Positions 6,674-16,364 are shown, counted from the first letter of the stretch. The stretch: 40,363 bases of DNA from an uncultured Verrucomicrobiota bacterium (GCA_945613785.1 CALZAJ010000001.1:1-40363), one strand, 5' to 3'. The notes: a model not told the origin generated them from the letters alone. Program-made: numbers and translations.

Positions 6674-9061
6674 TTAGTCAAACGACGCCGGTCTAGGCGA
6701 CCTGCGTAAGATCGTCCAGAGCACGAAGACGTCGACGAGGATCGCGACCGCCGTCCAGAAGCCGAAGCCGGCGCCCGCGACGAGAAGTCCGATCTGATAG
6801 ATGCTTAACGCGAGCATATAGCCGACGAACATCTGGAAGCCCAGCGCAAACCAGCCCCACTTGGCCTGCCCCATTTCGCGGAAGGTCGCGGCGATCGCGA
6901 CCACGCACGGCGGGACGAACAGGTTGAAGACCAGGAAGGAGAGCGCCGCGAGCTTCGGATAGTCGCCGAAGGAGGCGAAGAGGTTCGAAACATGCGCCGC
7001 CGTCGTCGCGCCGTCCATGCCGGCCGCCACGAGTCCCAACGTCGCCGTCGCCTGCTCCTTGGCGATTTCGGCGGTGACGGACGCCGCCGCACCCTGCCAG
7101 GTTCCGAAGCCGAGCGGCGCGAAGAGCCACGCGATCCATTCACCGAGGTCACGCAGAATCGAACGCTCAATTTCATCGTCGGCCAGCAGGTTCATCGACC
7201 AGTCGAAGTGCATGATGAACCAGAGGACGACGCACGCCGGGAAGATGATGAGACCAGCCTTTAGGACATAGCCGCGCACACGGTGCCAGGTATGGATGAC
7301 GATCGCGCGGAAGGTCGGCAGATGGTAGGCCGGCAGCTCCATGATGAACGGCGCCGCGTCGCCCGCGAAGAAGCTGGACTTCTTGAGCGCGATGCCGCCG
7401 AGAATGACGATCGCGATGCCGATGACGTCCATGAGCGGCGCCACATACCACTGCTCGCGGAAGAAGATGGCTGCGAACATCGCGATGATCACCGTCTTGG
7501 CGCCACAGGGGATGAACGTCGCGAGGATGACCGTCATGCGATGGTCGCGTTCGTTCTCGATCGTTCGTGCCGCCATGACGGCTGGCACGCCGCAGCCCTT
7601 GCCGACGAGCATCGGGATGAAGGACTTGCCGGAGAGCCCGAACTTGCGGAACAGGCGGTCCATGATGAACGCCACGCGCGCCATGTAACCGCAGTCCTCG
7701 AGGAAGGCGAGGAACAGGAAGACGATCGTGATGACCGGCACGAAGCCGAGCACCGTGGCCATGCCGCCCCACGCGCCGTCGACGACGAGCGACTTGATCG
7801 TCTCGCTCGCCCCGATCCTGTCGAGCCCAGCCTGAATGAGCGCACCGATGCCGGGCACCCAGACGCCGTAGTCCGACGGATCGGGCTCCTCGACCGTCTT
7901 GGCTGCCGTGTAGGCCGCCTCGTCAATCGCCCACTCCTCCGCCACATCACCAGTCTCTTCGTCTTCAATGCTGGCCTTCTTCTCGCCGGCCTCCCAGGCG
8001 GCAATCGTCGCCTCGGCCTTCGCGAAATCTTCCGTCGCCTCCTCGTACGACTTGCCGTCGACCTCGTGTGTCGTGAACGGCAGGTGCCAGCCCTCGCTGC
8101 CCAGCAGACCGTCGCTCGCCCAGTCCGTCAGCTTCGTGCCGGGACCCGACTCCGCGACGGCTAGGAACCACATCGCGCACAAGGAGAGAATGAAGACCGG
8201 CAACGCCAGGATACGATGCGTCACGAAACGGTCAATCTTGTCCGAAAACGTCGTCTTGCCCTTGCGCTTCGCGTTCTTCGTCAGCGCCTTGTCCATCAGG
8301 TTCTTGATGAACTCATAGCGCTGATTCGTGATAATCGACTCCGCGTCGTCCTCAAGCTCCTTCTCGCAGTCGCGGATGTGTTCCTCGATGTGCTTGAGCT
8401 CGCCGACGCCGAGTCCCAGCTGACGGATCACGTCACGGTCGCGCTCGAAGACCTTGATCGCGTACCAGCGGATGGCGCGCTTGGGGACCAGCTTCTGGAT
8501 CGATTCCTCAATGTGCGCGAGAGCATGCTCGACCGATCCGCTGAAGACGTGCGGCACTTCGGGGTTGCCATGCGTGTCGATCTTTGAGATGAGCGTCTTG
8601 GCCGCCTCGACGCAGCCCGCGCCCGTGTGGGCCGAGATACCGACGACCTGACAGTGCAAAGCCTTGCCGATGCGCGCGAAGTCGATCGTGTCGCCGTGTT
8701 CCTTGACGAGATCCATCATGTTCACCGCCACCATCATCGGCAGACCGAGTTCGGCGAGCTGCGTCGAGAGATAGAGGTTGCGCTCAATGTTCGTGCCGTC
8801 GACGATGTTGAGGATAGCGTCCGGATTCTCCTCGACGAGGAACTGACGCGAAACCTTCTCCTCAAGGGAATACGGCGAAAGCGAATAGATGCCGGGAAGG
8901 TCCTGGATGACAACCTCCTTGTGTCCCTCGAGGACGCCCTCCTTCTTCTCGACCGTCACACCCGGCCAATTGCCGACGTACTGGTTCGATCCCGTGAGCG
9001 CATTGAAGAGCGTCGTCTTACCCGCGTTAGGGTTTCCGGCCAAGGCAATCTTGATAGACAT
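6674..9061 (-). CDS. feoB: Ferrous iron transporter FeoB
   Basis: G-domain IALAGNPNAGKTTLFNALTG and DLPGIYSL, followed by a polytopic permease domain. Start set at the ATG at 9059-9061, preceded by GGGAGAAAAG. The ORF-track start at 9079 is a TTG. Confidence 0.95.
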   Translation of the reverse strand: MSIKIALAGNPNAGKTTLFNALTGSNQYVGNWPGVTVEKKEGVLEGHKEVVIQDLPGIYSLSPYSLEEKVSRQFLVEENPDAILNIVDGTNIERNLYLSTQLAELGLPMMVAVNMMDLVKEHGDTIDFARIGKALHCQVVGISAHTGAGCVEAAKTLISKIDTHGNPEVPHVFSGSVEHALAHIEESIQKLVPKRAIRWYAIKVFERDRDVIRQLGLGVGELKHIEEHIRDCEKELEDDAESIITNQRYEFIKNLMDKALTKNAKRKGKTTFSDKIDRFVTHRILALPVFILSLCAMWFLAVAESGPGTKLTDWASDGLLGSEGWHLPFTTHEVDGKSYEEATEDFAKAEATIAAWEAGEKKASIEDEETGDVAEEWAIDEAAYTAAKTVEEPDPSDYGVWVPGIGALIQAGLDRIGASETIKSLVVDGAWGGMATVLGFVPVITIVFLFLAFLEDCGYMARVAFIMDRLFRKFGLSGKSFIPMLVGKGCGVPAVMAARTIENERDHRMTVILATFIPCGAKTVIIAMFAAIFFREQWYVAPLMDVIGIAIVILGGIALKKSSFFAGDAAPFIMELPAYHLPTFRAIVIHTWHRVRGYVLKAGLIIFPACVVLWFIMHFDWSMNLLADDEIERSILRDLGEWIAWLFAPLGFGTWQGAAASVTAEIAKEQATATLGLVAAGMDGATTAAHVSNLFASFGDYPKLAALSFLVFNLFVPPCVVAIAATFREMGQAKWGWFALGFQMFVGYMLALSIYQIGLLVAGAGFGFWTAVAILVDVFVLWTILRRSPRPASFD

Positions 9062-9088
9062 GGCTAACTTTTCTCCCAAAAAAATTGA

Positions 9089-9307
9089 TCAGGCAGCCTG
9101 AACAAGAATCCGTTTCGCGAGATCGTCGTTGACGGCGATACGACTGTCATGAATTCCGAGAATCATGTTGCCGTAGCTCAGCTGGACGACGGTCACCATC
9201 ACACCCGGGACAAAGCCCAAGGCGCCCAAGTGCTTCTTCACGACGTCAGTTCCCTTGATCGTCATGATCCGGGCCTTATCGCCCCTCTTCAATATTGCCA
9301 GTGGCAT
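9089..9307 (-). CDS. feoA: Ferrous iron transport protein FeoA
   Basis: 72 aa from the ATG at 9305-9307: MPLAILKRGDKARIMTIKG...LGALGFVPGVMVTVV. This is the SH3-like FeoA signature. Confidence 0.85.
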   Translation of the reverse strand: MPLAILKRGDKARIMTIKGTDVVKKHLGALGFVPGVMVTVVQLSYGNMILGIHDSRIAVNDDLAKRILVQAA

Positions 9308-9344
9308 GTCGCACGCCCTCTTTCCTGTTTTATCCAGTCTGGTC

Positions 9345-9360
9345 GTTAGCATAGGCTAAC
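9345..9360. promoter_or_regulatory. Perfect inverted repeat GTTAGC-atag-GCTAAC upstream of feoA (operator candidate)
   Basis: It lies 38-53 nt upstream of the feoA ATG. Extra GTTAGC/GCTAAC half-sites occur at 9395-9400 and 9063-9068. Confidence 0.35.
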
Positions 9361-9482
9361 TCAACGATGCATATGATATCACAAACGCCCGAAAGTTAGC
9401 AAGTGGAAAGTTTACCATGTCTTACAATCGTATTTCGGCCGGCCTTTTGAGCCCGATCTGCCGGCGTCGTGCGCTCTGCAAC

Positions 9483-9564
9483 AGGACATTCTGTCCCAAG
9501 GTCGGACCAGAATGTCGCAGCTCGTCACAAAAGGTCGGACCAAATGCCTTTGGCACGCGGTTGC
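9483..9564 (+). promoter_or_regulatory. Dyad- and repeat-rich control region upstream of the hsp20 pair
   Basis: Palindrome GGACAttcTGTCC at 9483-9495. The 9-nt arms GACATTCTG (9484-9492) and CAGAATGTC (9507-9515) form an inverted repeat. Two copies of the palindromic GGTCGGACC lie at 9499-9507 and 9532-9540. TGGCAC-N4-TTGC lies at 9551-9564. Confidence 0.3.
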
Positions 9565-9600
9565 TAAAGGGGAGGCGTATCAATCGAAAGGAATGAAACA

Positions 9601-9996
9601 ATGAACACAATTATGAATATGGATCCGTTCCGCATACTGGACGAGCTCTTCAACATGAAGGGTCCGGCTTATCGGAACATGCGGGCGCGTGCAGCCGGAC
9701 GCTTTCCGCCGGTGAACGTGTTCCTCGACGACAATGCGGTCCTGATTGATCTGGAACTTCCGGGCAAGACCGCCCAGGACATCGATCTCACGCTGGAACC
9801 GCAGGCCGTGGTCATCGCCGACAAGCCGACGGTCGAAGAAGGAAAGGAAACACCGGCGCCGGCTTGGAGCCGCCGCCTCAATCTCCCCTTCCGCGTCAAC
9901 GCCGACAAGGCCAACGCCAAATTCACCAACGGCATCCTTCGCATCGAACTGCCCAAGGCTGAAGCCCAGGGCGTGCGCAAGATCGCCATCGCCTAA
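9601..9996 (+). CDS. hsp20: Hsp20/alpha-crystallin small heat-shock protein
   Basis: 131 aa with PPVNVFLDDNAVLIDLELPG and a C-terminal FTNGILRIELPKA. Confidence 0.9.
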   Translation: MNTIMNMDPFRILDELFNMKGPAYRNMRARAAGRFPPVNVFLDDNAVLIDLELPGKTAQDIDLTLEPQAVVIADKPTVEEGKETPAPAWSRRLNLPFRVNADKANAKFTNGILRIELPKAEAQGVRKIAIA

Positions 9997-10023
9997 TCAC
10001 GAGAGAGAAAGGAGCTTTCAATC

Positions 10024-10359
10024 ATGAACATGGAAAACTACATTGTCCCGACGGCGACCTTCACCGAGAACCCCGAGGCCTATGAACTCGTCGTGGAGCT
10101 GCCGGGCATCGGCAAGGAGGATGCGGACCTTCATATCGACGGACACACGCTCACGCTGAAGACTCACGCGACGTACGAGAATCCGGCCGGGTTCAAGCAG
10201 GTCGCGGTCGAGTTCGAGCGGACCAACTACGCGATGAGCGCGGAACTTCCCGAGATGGCCGACGCGTCGGCGATGACGGCGCGGCTGGAAAACGGACTCC
10301 TCACGGTCACGATCAAGAAGAAGCCCGAGGTCCAGCCCAAGCGCATCGAGATCCTTTGA
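10024..10359 (+). CDS. hsp20: Hsp20/alpha-crystallin small heat-shock protein (second, divergent copy)
   Basis: 111 aa with YELVVELPGIGKEDADLHIDGHTLTL and LENGLLTVTIKKK. Confidence 0.9.
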   Translation: MNMENYIVPTATFTENPEAYELVVELPGIGKEDADLHIDGHTLTLKTHATYENPAGFKQVAVEFERTNYAMSAELPEMADASAMTARLENGLLTVTIKKKPEVQPKRIEIL

Positions 10360-10384
10360 TCCTCAAACAACACACACCCCCGAC

Positions 10385-10416
10385 GACGCCCGAGGCAACC
10401 CCTCGGGCGTCTTTTT
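10385..10416 (+). terminator. Rho-independent terminator after the hsp20 pair
   Basis: GACGCCCGAGG-caacc-CCTCGGGCGTC followed by TTTTT: a perfect 11-bp stem. Confidence 0.7.
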
Positions 10417-10421
10417 ATCCG

Positions 10422-11897
10422 TCAGCTGTAATACGAGAGGCGGCGCTCGACGAGTTCCATGACCTTGGCGACCAATGCGTTGAAGACATAGTAGAAGACG
10501 CCGGCGACGATGAACGGCACCATCGTCGTATGGGCGCCGGCTGCCATCTTCGCGACGGTGAACATCTCCGTGACCGAAAGCGCGAAGGCGAGCGACGTGT
10601 CTTTCACAAGCGTAATGACCTCATTCGTCACCGGCGGAAGCACGCGCTTGACCATCTGCGGGAAGACGATCCGCAGGAACGTCTCGACTGGTCCGAGGCC
10701 CAGCGCCGATGCGGCTTCGTGCTGTCCTCGTTCGATGCCCTCTAGTCCAGCACGGTAGATCTCGGCGAAATACGCGGCGTAGTTGAGAGCGAACGCGATG
10801 ATCACCGCGATGATGCGGTAGCAGGGCGCGAGTTGGATATGGAAGACGTACCAAGGGCCGAAGTACACAAAGAACAGCTGCAGCATCAACGGTGTACCGC
10901 GCATGACGGAGATGAAGGCCTTGACCGGCGCCGATACGACGGCATGCGCGCTCATGCGTCCGAAGCAGATGACGAGCCCGAGCGGCAGGGCGAAAAGGAG
11001 CGTCAGTACAAAGATGGCGATGCTGACGCCGAGTCCGCGGAAGAGGCCGGCGAAGAGCTTACCATAATCGAGCGGGTTGGCCAGGGCGTTCTCAGCCGGC
11101 GTGCTTGACGCATCGCCGTCGGGCGTCGCCGCGAGCACTAGGACGTTCGCGCCCTCGAACCATTTGGCGGAGATTTTCGCGGCCGTACCGTCAGCCACCA
11201 TCTCGCGGAGGGTCTCCGTAACCTGATCCCGGAGCGCGACATTCCCCTTCTTGAAGCCGATGCCGTAGAACTCGTGCATCACGGCCTCGTCGAGAATGCG
11301 AAACTGTCCAGGACAGTCGGCGAGCTTCTTGAGCGCCACGCCCATGTCCATCGCAATCGCGTCCACGGCGCCGGCGTCCAGCTCCATCACCGCATTGTTA
11401 TAGTTCGGCGTGACGACGATGCCCTTGAAGGTCGCGCCGAGCGCGGCCTTCTCGCCGCCTTCTTTGAGGGCCTTCTCAACCGGCGTGTCGGTCTGGACGG
11501 CGACGGTGCGGCCCTTGAGGTCGGCGAGTGTCCGGATCGACGAGGCGACCTTTACCAGGACGACCTGGGAGTTGTCGATGTACGGCGGACTCCACGTGTA
11601 GGCCTCTTCGCGACCGTTGATGGTGAAGCCATTCCAGATGCAATCAATCGCCCCGGAGCCAAGCTCCATGTCTTTGGCGTCCCAATTGATGGGATTGGCG
11701 ACGAACGTCCAACCGCGACGGACACAGACCTCCTTGGCAAGATCCAGGTCGAAGCCGACGAACTCGTCACCCTGTTTGAAGCCGTAGGGCGGGAAGTCCG
11801 CATCAAAACCCACGGTCAATCGCTTGACGCCCTCGGACGGCTGTCCGCAACCGGCGAACAGGAATGCCGCGAGGGCGGACAACACGAGCTGTTTCAT
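10422..11897 (-). CDS. Amino-acid ABC transporter, substrate-binding domain fused to the permease
   Basis: Start set at the ATG at 11895-11897, preceded by GGTGGAGAGA. Lipoprotein-type signal MKQLVLSALAAFLFAGC. The N-terminal half is a family-3 SBP (DADFPPYGF, IDCIWNG). The C-terminal half is a HisM/GlnP-type permease with the EAA loop EAASALGLGPVETFLRIVFPQ. Confidence 0.85.
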   Translation of the reverse strand: MKQLVLSALAAFLFAGCGQPSEGVKRLTVGFDADFPPYGFKQGDEFVGFDLDLAKEVCVRRGWTFVANPINWDAKDMELGSGAIDCIWNGFTINGREEAYTWSPPYIDNSQVVLVKVASSIRTLADLKGRTVAVQTDTPVEKALKEGGEKAALGATFKGIVVTPNYNNAVMELDAGAVDAIAMDMGVALKKLADCPGQFRILDEAVMHEFYGIGFKKGNVALRDQVTETLREMVADGTAAKISAKWFEGANVLVLAATPDGDASSTPAENALANPLDYGKLFAGLFRGLGVSIAIFVLTLLFALPLGLVICFGRMSAHAVVSAPVKAFISVMRGTPLMLQLFFVYFGPWYVFHIQLAPCYRIIAVIIAFALNYAAYFAEIYRAGLEGIERGQHEAASALGLGPVETFLRIVFPQMVKRVLPPVTNEVITLVKDTSLAFALSVTEMFTVAKMAAGAHTTMVPFIVAGVFYYVFNALVAKVMELVERRLSYYS

Positions 11898-11944
11898 TCT
11901 CTCCACCATTCAACTACCTCTCTGCTGTCAGCCGACGGCCGCGC

Positions 11945-13921
11945 TCACTCGGACCACTTCTTGACGAGCGCGGCGATCACTTCAGACTCCGCCTCGGTGA
12001 TCACACCATCCGCCCGGACTCGATCCAGCGCCGTGCGGAACTCCTCGGCCTGTTCGCCGTCAAGGCCACGGAAGAAGTCCTGCAGGACTTCCGTCTCATG
12101 CCAGTTGACCTTTCCGTCGAAGAGGATGTCCTTGCCCATCGCACGCATCACCTTCGCCAAGGCGCGTTCATTGACGGGAGACAGCAGGGGTCCGCTCTCC
12201 ACGGCGGCGTGGCGCAGACAGTACCGCATGATCGCCAGCACGATCAGCATAAGCGCAATGGCGGCCGGAAGCGAGATCCAAGCCGACCCGACGAAGGCCG
12301 CGATCACGTAGCTCACGCACGAGACCGCCGCCACCACCAACGCGTACGGCAGCTGCGTATTCACGTGAATCACATGATTGCAGCGGGCACCGGCCGAGGC
12401 CATGATCGTCGTGTCCGAAATAGGCGAGCAATGGTCGCCGCAGACGGCACCCGCCATGCAGGCGGAGACGGCGACAATGGTCAGTGTCGAACCGGGGATG
12501 GCGGCGAGCACGATCGGAATGAGGATGCCGAAGGTGCCCCAGCTCGTTCCCGTCGAGAATGCGAGGGCCATGCCGATGAGGAAGATGATCGCGGGCAGGA
12601 AGAGCTTGAGCGAGGCCGCAGGGCCGTTGATGAGATCCGAAACGAACACCTTCGCTCCCAGCGAATCTGTCATCGTCTTGAGCGTCCAGGCGCAACAGAG
12701 GATCATGATCGCCGGGACCATCGCCTTGAAGCCCTCGGGAAAGGCCTCCATGCAGTCCTTGAAGCCGATGACGCGACGGCAGAGATAGAAAAGGACGGCG
12801 AACACCACCGCAGCGATCGATCCGTAGACGAGTCCGACGGACGCATCGGAATTCGAGAACGCCGTCATGAAGTCATGATAGCCGTCGCCCACCTTGGCCG
12901 GATTGAAGAACCCGCCCGAATAGATCATGCCGAGAATGCAGGTCACGACCAACACGGCCACGGGCACAAGCAGGTCCCAGACGCGTCCGCGACTGTTGTG
13001 CGCGAGGGCCTCGGCCCCTTCGGCCAATGCGGAGAGGTCCTCGTGTCCCGCCTCGGCTTCCGCTTCGTAACGGCGCATCGGACCGAAATCCAGGCGCTTG
13101 GTTGCCACGAAGAACATCGTGACGATGGTCAGGATCGCATAGAAGTTGTAGGGAATCGCATTAATGAAGAGCGAGAAGCCGCTTTCCGCGCCCGCGCCCT
13201 TCGCAAAGCCCGCGACCGCGGCGGCCCAGGAGGAGATCGGGGCGATGATGCAGATCGGCGCCGCCGTCGCATCGATGAGATAGGCGAGCTTGGCGCTCGA
13301 GACGCGCTTCGCCTGGGTGACGGGACGCATCACGCTGCCGACCGTCAGACAGTTGAAGTAGTCGTCGACGAAGATGAGCATGCCGAGGACGACCGTCGCC
13401 AGCTGCGCGCCGACGCGCGACTTGATGTGCGTGGCCGCCCAGCGACCGAACGCCGCCGACGCGCCGGTCTTGTTCATCATCGCGACGAGCGAGCCGAGCA
13501 GCACGAGGAAGAGGAGAATGCCGATGTTGTAGGGATCGGCGACGGATTTCACGAATCCGTCGGACATCGCATGCACCAGCGTGCCTTCGAACGAACCCTT
13601 CGCATAGAGGAGTCCGCCCGCCAGGATGCCGACGAACAGCGACGAATAGACCTCCTTGGTGATGAGCGCCAGGAGAATCGCGAGAAGCGGCGGCAACAGC
13701 GCCCAGCCGGTGCCGAAGAAACGGTTCTCCGTCCGAATGGTCGCCAACGCCTGCGCCTCATGCGCCTTGAACTCCGGATCCGACTGGACCTTGTCGGCAT
13801 AGGCGCCGACGTAGGCCTTGGCAGCTTCCAGTTGCGTCAGGTCGGGAGCGGATGCGGACGTCTCGGCCTGCGCGAAGAGCGCGCAAGCGACGATCAGGAC
13901 AAGCGACAGGATCTTTTTCAC
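11945..13921 (-). CDS. NhaC-family Na+/H+-type antiporter with an extra soluble C-terminal tail
   Basis: GTG start at 13919-13921, preceded by AAGGAGG. There is a signal-like N-terminus, then [25 protein letters not shown] and many TM helices typical of NhaC-like proteins. The last ~90 aa are hydrophilic and helical. Confidence 0.7.
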   Translation of the reverse strand: MKKILSLVLIVACALFAQAETSASAPDLTQLEAAKAYVGAYADKVQSDPEFKAHEAQALATIRTENRFFGTGWALLPPLLAILLALITKEVYSSLFVGILAGGLLYAKGSFEGTLVHAMSDGFVKSVADPYNIGILLFLVLLGSLVAMMNKTGASAAFGRWAATHIKSRVGAQLATVVLGMLIFVDDYFNCLTVGSVMRPVTQAKRVSSAKLAYLIDATAAPICIIAPISSWAAAVAGFAKGAGAESGFSLFINAIPYNFYAILTIVTMFFVATKRLDFGPMRRYEAEAEAGHEDLSALAEGAEALAHNSRGRVWDLLVPVAVLVVTCILGMIYSGGFFNPAKVGDGYHDFMTAFSNSDASVGLVYGSIAAVVFAVLFYLCRRVIGFKDCMEAFPEGFKAMVPAIMILCCAWTLKTMTDSLGAKVFVSDLINGPAASLKLFLPAIIFLIGMALAFSTGTSWGTFGILIPIVLAAIPGSTLTIVAVSACMAGAVCGDHCSPISDTTIMASAGARCNHVIHVNTQLPYALVVAAVSCVSYVIAAFVGSAWISLPAAIALMLIVLAIMRYCLRHAAVESGPLLSPVNERALAKVMRAMGKDILFDGKVNWHETEVLQDFFRGLDGEQAEEFRTALDRVRADGVITEAESEVIAALVKKWSE

Positions 13922-14769
13922 TGACGTCCCTCCTTCAGCAGCTTCCGGATGCGTTCGACTTCTTCGGCCGTGACCGTATCGTCCGCCAGGATGTCACGGA
14001 GCTCGTCACGGACCTTTTCGCGGAAGCCGACGCCCGCGACCTTGCCGAGGAACTCGCCGAGGCGTCCGTCATGCTTCTGCTCGAAGATCTCCTGCGGCGT
14101 ACCCTGCGCGGAGATGTATCCGCCCTCGAGGAAAAGGACGCGCGTGGCGACATCGCGCGCGAAGCGCATCTCGTGGGTGACGACGACCATCGTCATGCCG
14201 TTCTTCGCAAGGTCCTTCATGACGTCCAAGACCTCGCCCACCATCTCCGGGTCGAGCGCGGAGGTCGGTTCGTCGAAGAGCATCACCTGCGGATGCATCG
14301 CGAGCGAACGGACGATGGCGACGCGCTGTTTCTGTCCGCCCGACAGCTGCTGCGGGTAGGCCTTCGCCTTGTCGGCCAGTCCGACGCGCGCCAGGAGCTC
14401 CAACGCCTCTTTCTCGGCCTCCGCACGCGCCACTCCGCGCACCAGCCGCGGCGCAAGCGTGATGTTGTCGAGAATCGTCAGGTGCGGGAAGAGATTGAAG
14501 TGCTGGAATACCATGCCCATCTCGGAACGGACGCGGTTCTTCGTCTTCTCATCGGCCGCCACGATGTCGATCCCGTCGAAGACGATCGATCCCTTGGTCG
14601 GCTGCTCCAGGAGGTTCATGCACCGGAGGAACGTGGACTTGCCGCCACCGGACGGACCGATCATGACGACGACTTCACCCTTGCAGATGTCCGTCGTCAG
14701 TCCCTTGAGGACCTCCAGCTTCCCGAAACTCTTCTTCAGGTTCTCGATTTTCAGTAGGACTTCACTCAT
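13918..14769 (-). CDS. Amino-acid ABC transporter ATP-binding protein (GlnQ/HisP-like) with a ~45-aa C-terminal extension
   Basis: Start set at the ATG at 14767-14769, preceded by GGAGAGG. Walker [10 protein letters not shown], signature LSGGQKQR, Walker [12 protein letters not shown]. Confidence 0.9.
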   Translation of the reverse strand: MSEVLLKIENLKKSFGKLEVLKGLTTDICKGEVVVMIGPSGGGKSTFLRCMNLLEQPTKGSIVFDGIDIVAADEKTKNRVRSEMGMVFQHFNLFPHLTILDNITLAPRLVRGVARAEAEKEALELLARVGLADKAKAYPQQLSGGQKQRVAIVRSLAMHPQVMLFDEPTSALDPEMVGEVLDVMKDLAKNGMTMVVVTHEMRFARDVATRVLFLEGGYISAQGTPQEIFEQKHDGRLGEFLGKVAGVGFREKVRDELRDILADDTVTAEEVERIRKLLKEGRQ

Positions 14770-14827
14770 ATCAACCTCTCCAAATCTCTTTCGCTCGACC
14801 AACCACCAGCTGCCGACACAGACCTTC

Positions 14828-16354
14828 TCACGAATCGTTGTGGACCGGGTTCGCACCCGTGTTCCGGAGGTACCTCTCCAGCAGTCCCAACAGCCAGGTC
14901 ATCGTCATTACGAGAATCAGATAGACGGCCGCGACGGTCAGGTAGGGAAGGTACACCGAGTACGTCTGCGAACGGATGATGTCACCGCCCTTCGCCAGGT
15001 CGATGAGCGCAATGTAGCCGACGATGGACGTGTCCTTCATGAGCACGATGAACTCGTTGCCGAGCGCGGGCAATACGTTGCGGATCGCCTGCGGCAGGAT
15101 GATGCGGATCATCGTCCGCCAATAGCTCAGACCCAGCGCACGGCCGGCCTCCATCTGGCCGGGGTCGATGGACACGATGCCCGCCCGCATGATCTCGGCC
15201 TGATAGGCACCGGAGTTGATGCCGAAGGCAAGGATCGCGATGAGCACCTTCGACTCGACGGACCGCAGGATGATGTAGTAGGTGATGAGCAGCTGCACGA
15301 CCATCGGCGTGCCGCGGATGATCGTGAGATAGATCTTGCACAGCGCGTTCAGGACCGTGAAATAGCCGTACTTGTCATGGCTCGAGCGAATGACCGCGAC
15401 GAGGAAGCCGAGCACGAGGCCGAAGACGATCGAGGCCAGCGCGACCTGGAGCGTGATCGACAGGCCGTTGACCAGGTACATGCCGCGCGAGGAACCATCG
15501 GCGGCCTTCTTCAGGAAGCAGAGATAGAAGTCTTCGCGCAACGCCGTCCACTTCTCGTCCAGCCAAGCCGCTAGGCCCGAACGACCGACCGACTCAGGCG
15601 TCGGTTCGACGACCGCGCTGCCGCCATCCTTGAGCCTGTCGCTCTCCGCCGTGTAGTCGACGATCCACCGCGCAAGACGTCCGTCCGCTTTCGCCTCGGC
15701 GATCGTCTCGTTCACGGCGGCCAGGAGCTCTGGCTGCCCCTTGGCGATCGCGATTGCATATTCCTCAGACGAAAGGAAATCGGAAATCGCCAGCGCGGCC
15801 TCCCCCTTCACGCAGTTCCTCGCCGGATCGACGTCTGCAATCACGAACGCGCAGCGTCCTGCCAGCATGGCCGCACAGGCCTCGGGCGGCGTCTTGAAAC
15901 GCTCAGGCTCCTGCTTCAGTTCCTCCTTCACATAGGCGTCGCTCGTTGTGCCGCCCTGGACGCCGATCTTCTTGCCCTTGAGCTGGTCCTTGCCCGTGAA
16001 CGGGTTCGACTTCTTGTAGATGACGACAATGCCCGTCTTCACATACGGCTCGGAGAAGTCCACGTTCTTCTTGCGGTCCTCCGTCACGGTAATGCCCGAC
16101 GCGGCGAGGTCCGCCTTGCCCGAGATCACGGCGGGAATGACCGAATCGAAATCCATGTTCTCGGCACGGAACTCCTTGCCGAGCTTCTGGGCGACGGCAC
16201 GGGACAGCTCCACGTCGATGCCGACGATCTCCGGACCACGCAGGAACTCATAAGGCGGGAAGGTCGCTTCCGTCGCCATCGTCAGCGTTTCGGCGGCCTG
16301 CGCAACACAGGTCGCCAACACGAGTCCACTCAGGGCAGCAAGAAACTTCTTCAT
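14828..16354 (-). CDS. Amino-acid ABC transporter, substrate-binding domain fused to the permease
   Basis: 508 aa. A signal peptide and family-3 SBP domain ([22 protein letters not shown]) are followed by a permease with the EAA loop [22 protein letters not shown]. Confidence 0.85.
   Translation of the reverse strand: MKKFLAALSGLVLATCVAQAAETLTMATEATFPPYEFLRGPEIVGIDVELSRAVAQKLGKEFRAENMDFDSVIPAVISGKADLAASGITVTEDRKKNVDFSEPYVKTGIVVIYKKSNPFTGKDQLKGKKIGVQGGTTSDAYVKEELKQEPERFKTPPEACAAMLAGRCAFVIADVDPARNCVKGEAALAISDFLSSEEYAIAIAKGQPELLAAVNETIAEAKADGRLARWIVDYTAESDRLKDGGSAVVEPTPESVGRSGLAAWLDEKWTALREDFYLCFLKKAADGSSRGMYLVNGLSITLQVALASIVFGLVLGFLVAVIRSSHDKYGYFTVLNALCKIYLTIIRGTPMVVQLLITYYIILRSVESKVLIAILAFGINSGAYQAEIMRAGIVSIDPGQMEAGRALGLSYWRTMIRIILPQAIRNVLPALGNEFIVLMKDTSIVGYIALIDLAKGGDIIRSQTYSVYLPYLTVAAVYLILVMTMTWLLGLLERYLRNTGANPVHNDS
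15961..16203 (-). repeat. Near-identical nucleotide tract shared with 16706-16948 (paralogous SBP domains)
   Basis: Read directly at an offset of 745 nt. For example, gtgaacgggttcgacttcttgtagatgacgacaatgcccgtcttcac is identical in both copies. Confidence 0.85.
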
Positions 16355-16364
16355 GACGAACGAC

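Noticed and set aside
9345-9360. DtxR/IdeR iron box.
   Set aside because: It shares the GTTAG/CTAAC pentamers, but the consensus has them separated by 1 nt and here they are separated by 6 nt. It is reported only as a generic palindrome.
9551-9564. Sigma-54 promoter (TGGCAC...TTGC) upstream of hsp20.
   Set aside because: The spacing is TGGCAC-N4-TTGC, that is GG-N9-GC. That is one base shorter than the strictly conserved GG-N10-GC, so I do not call it. It is kept only as part of the regulatory-region observation.
11864-13924. 686-aa plus-strand ORF. Similar long R/D/H/G-rich ORFs occur at 5560-6468, 7283-8164, 17118-18131, 18029-19219, 27649-28872, 36260-37885, 38008-39198 and 39229-40335.
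   Set aside because: Their composition is low-complexity and Arg/Asp-rich, and I recognise no motifs. Each lies opposite a gene with strong family signatures. They are GC-driven shadow ORFs.
14770-14856. Longer ORF-track starts: the ABC ATPase at 14856, feoB at 9079 (TTG), feoA at 9352, metF at 5503, trmD at 20457, dsbD-like at 22195 and HAD-like at 24639.
   Set aside because: These N-terminal extensions are Arg-rich or hydrophobic nonsense, overlap upstream genes and lack Shine-Dalgarno sequences. In most cases the internal ATG is preceded by a Shine-Dalgarno (trmD is the exception), and all align with canonical family N-termini.
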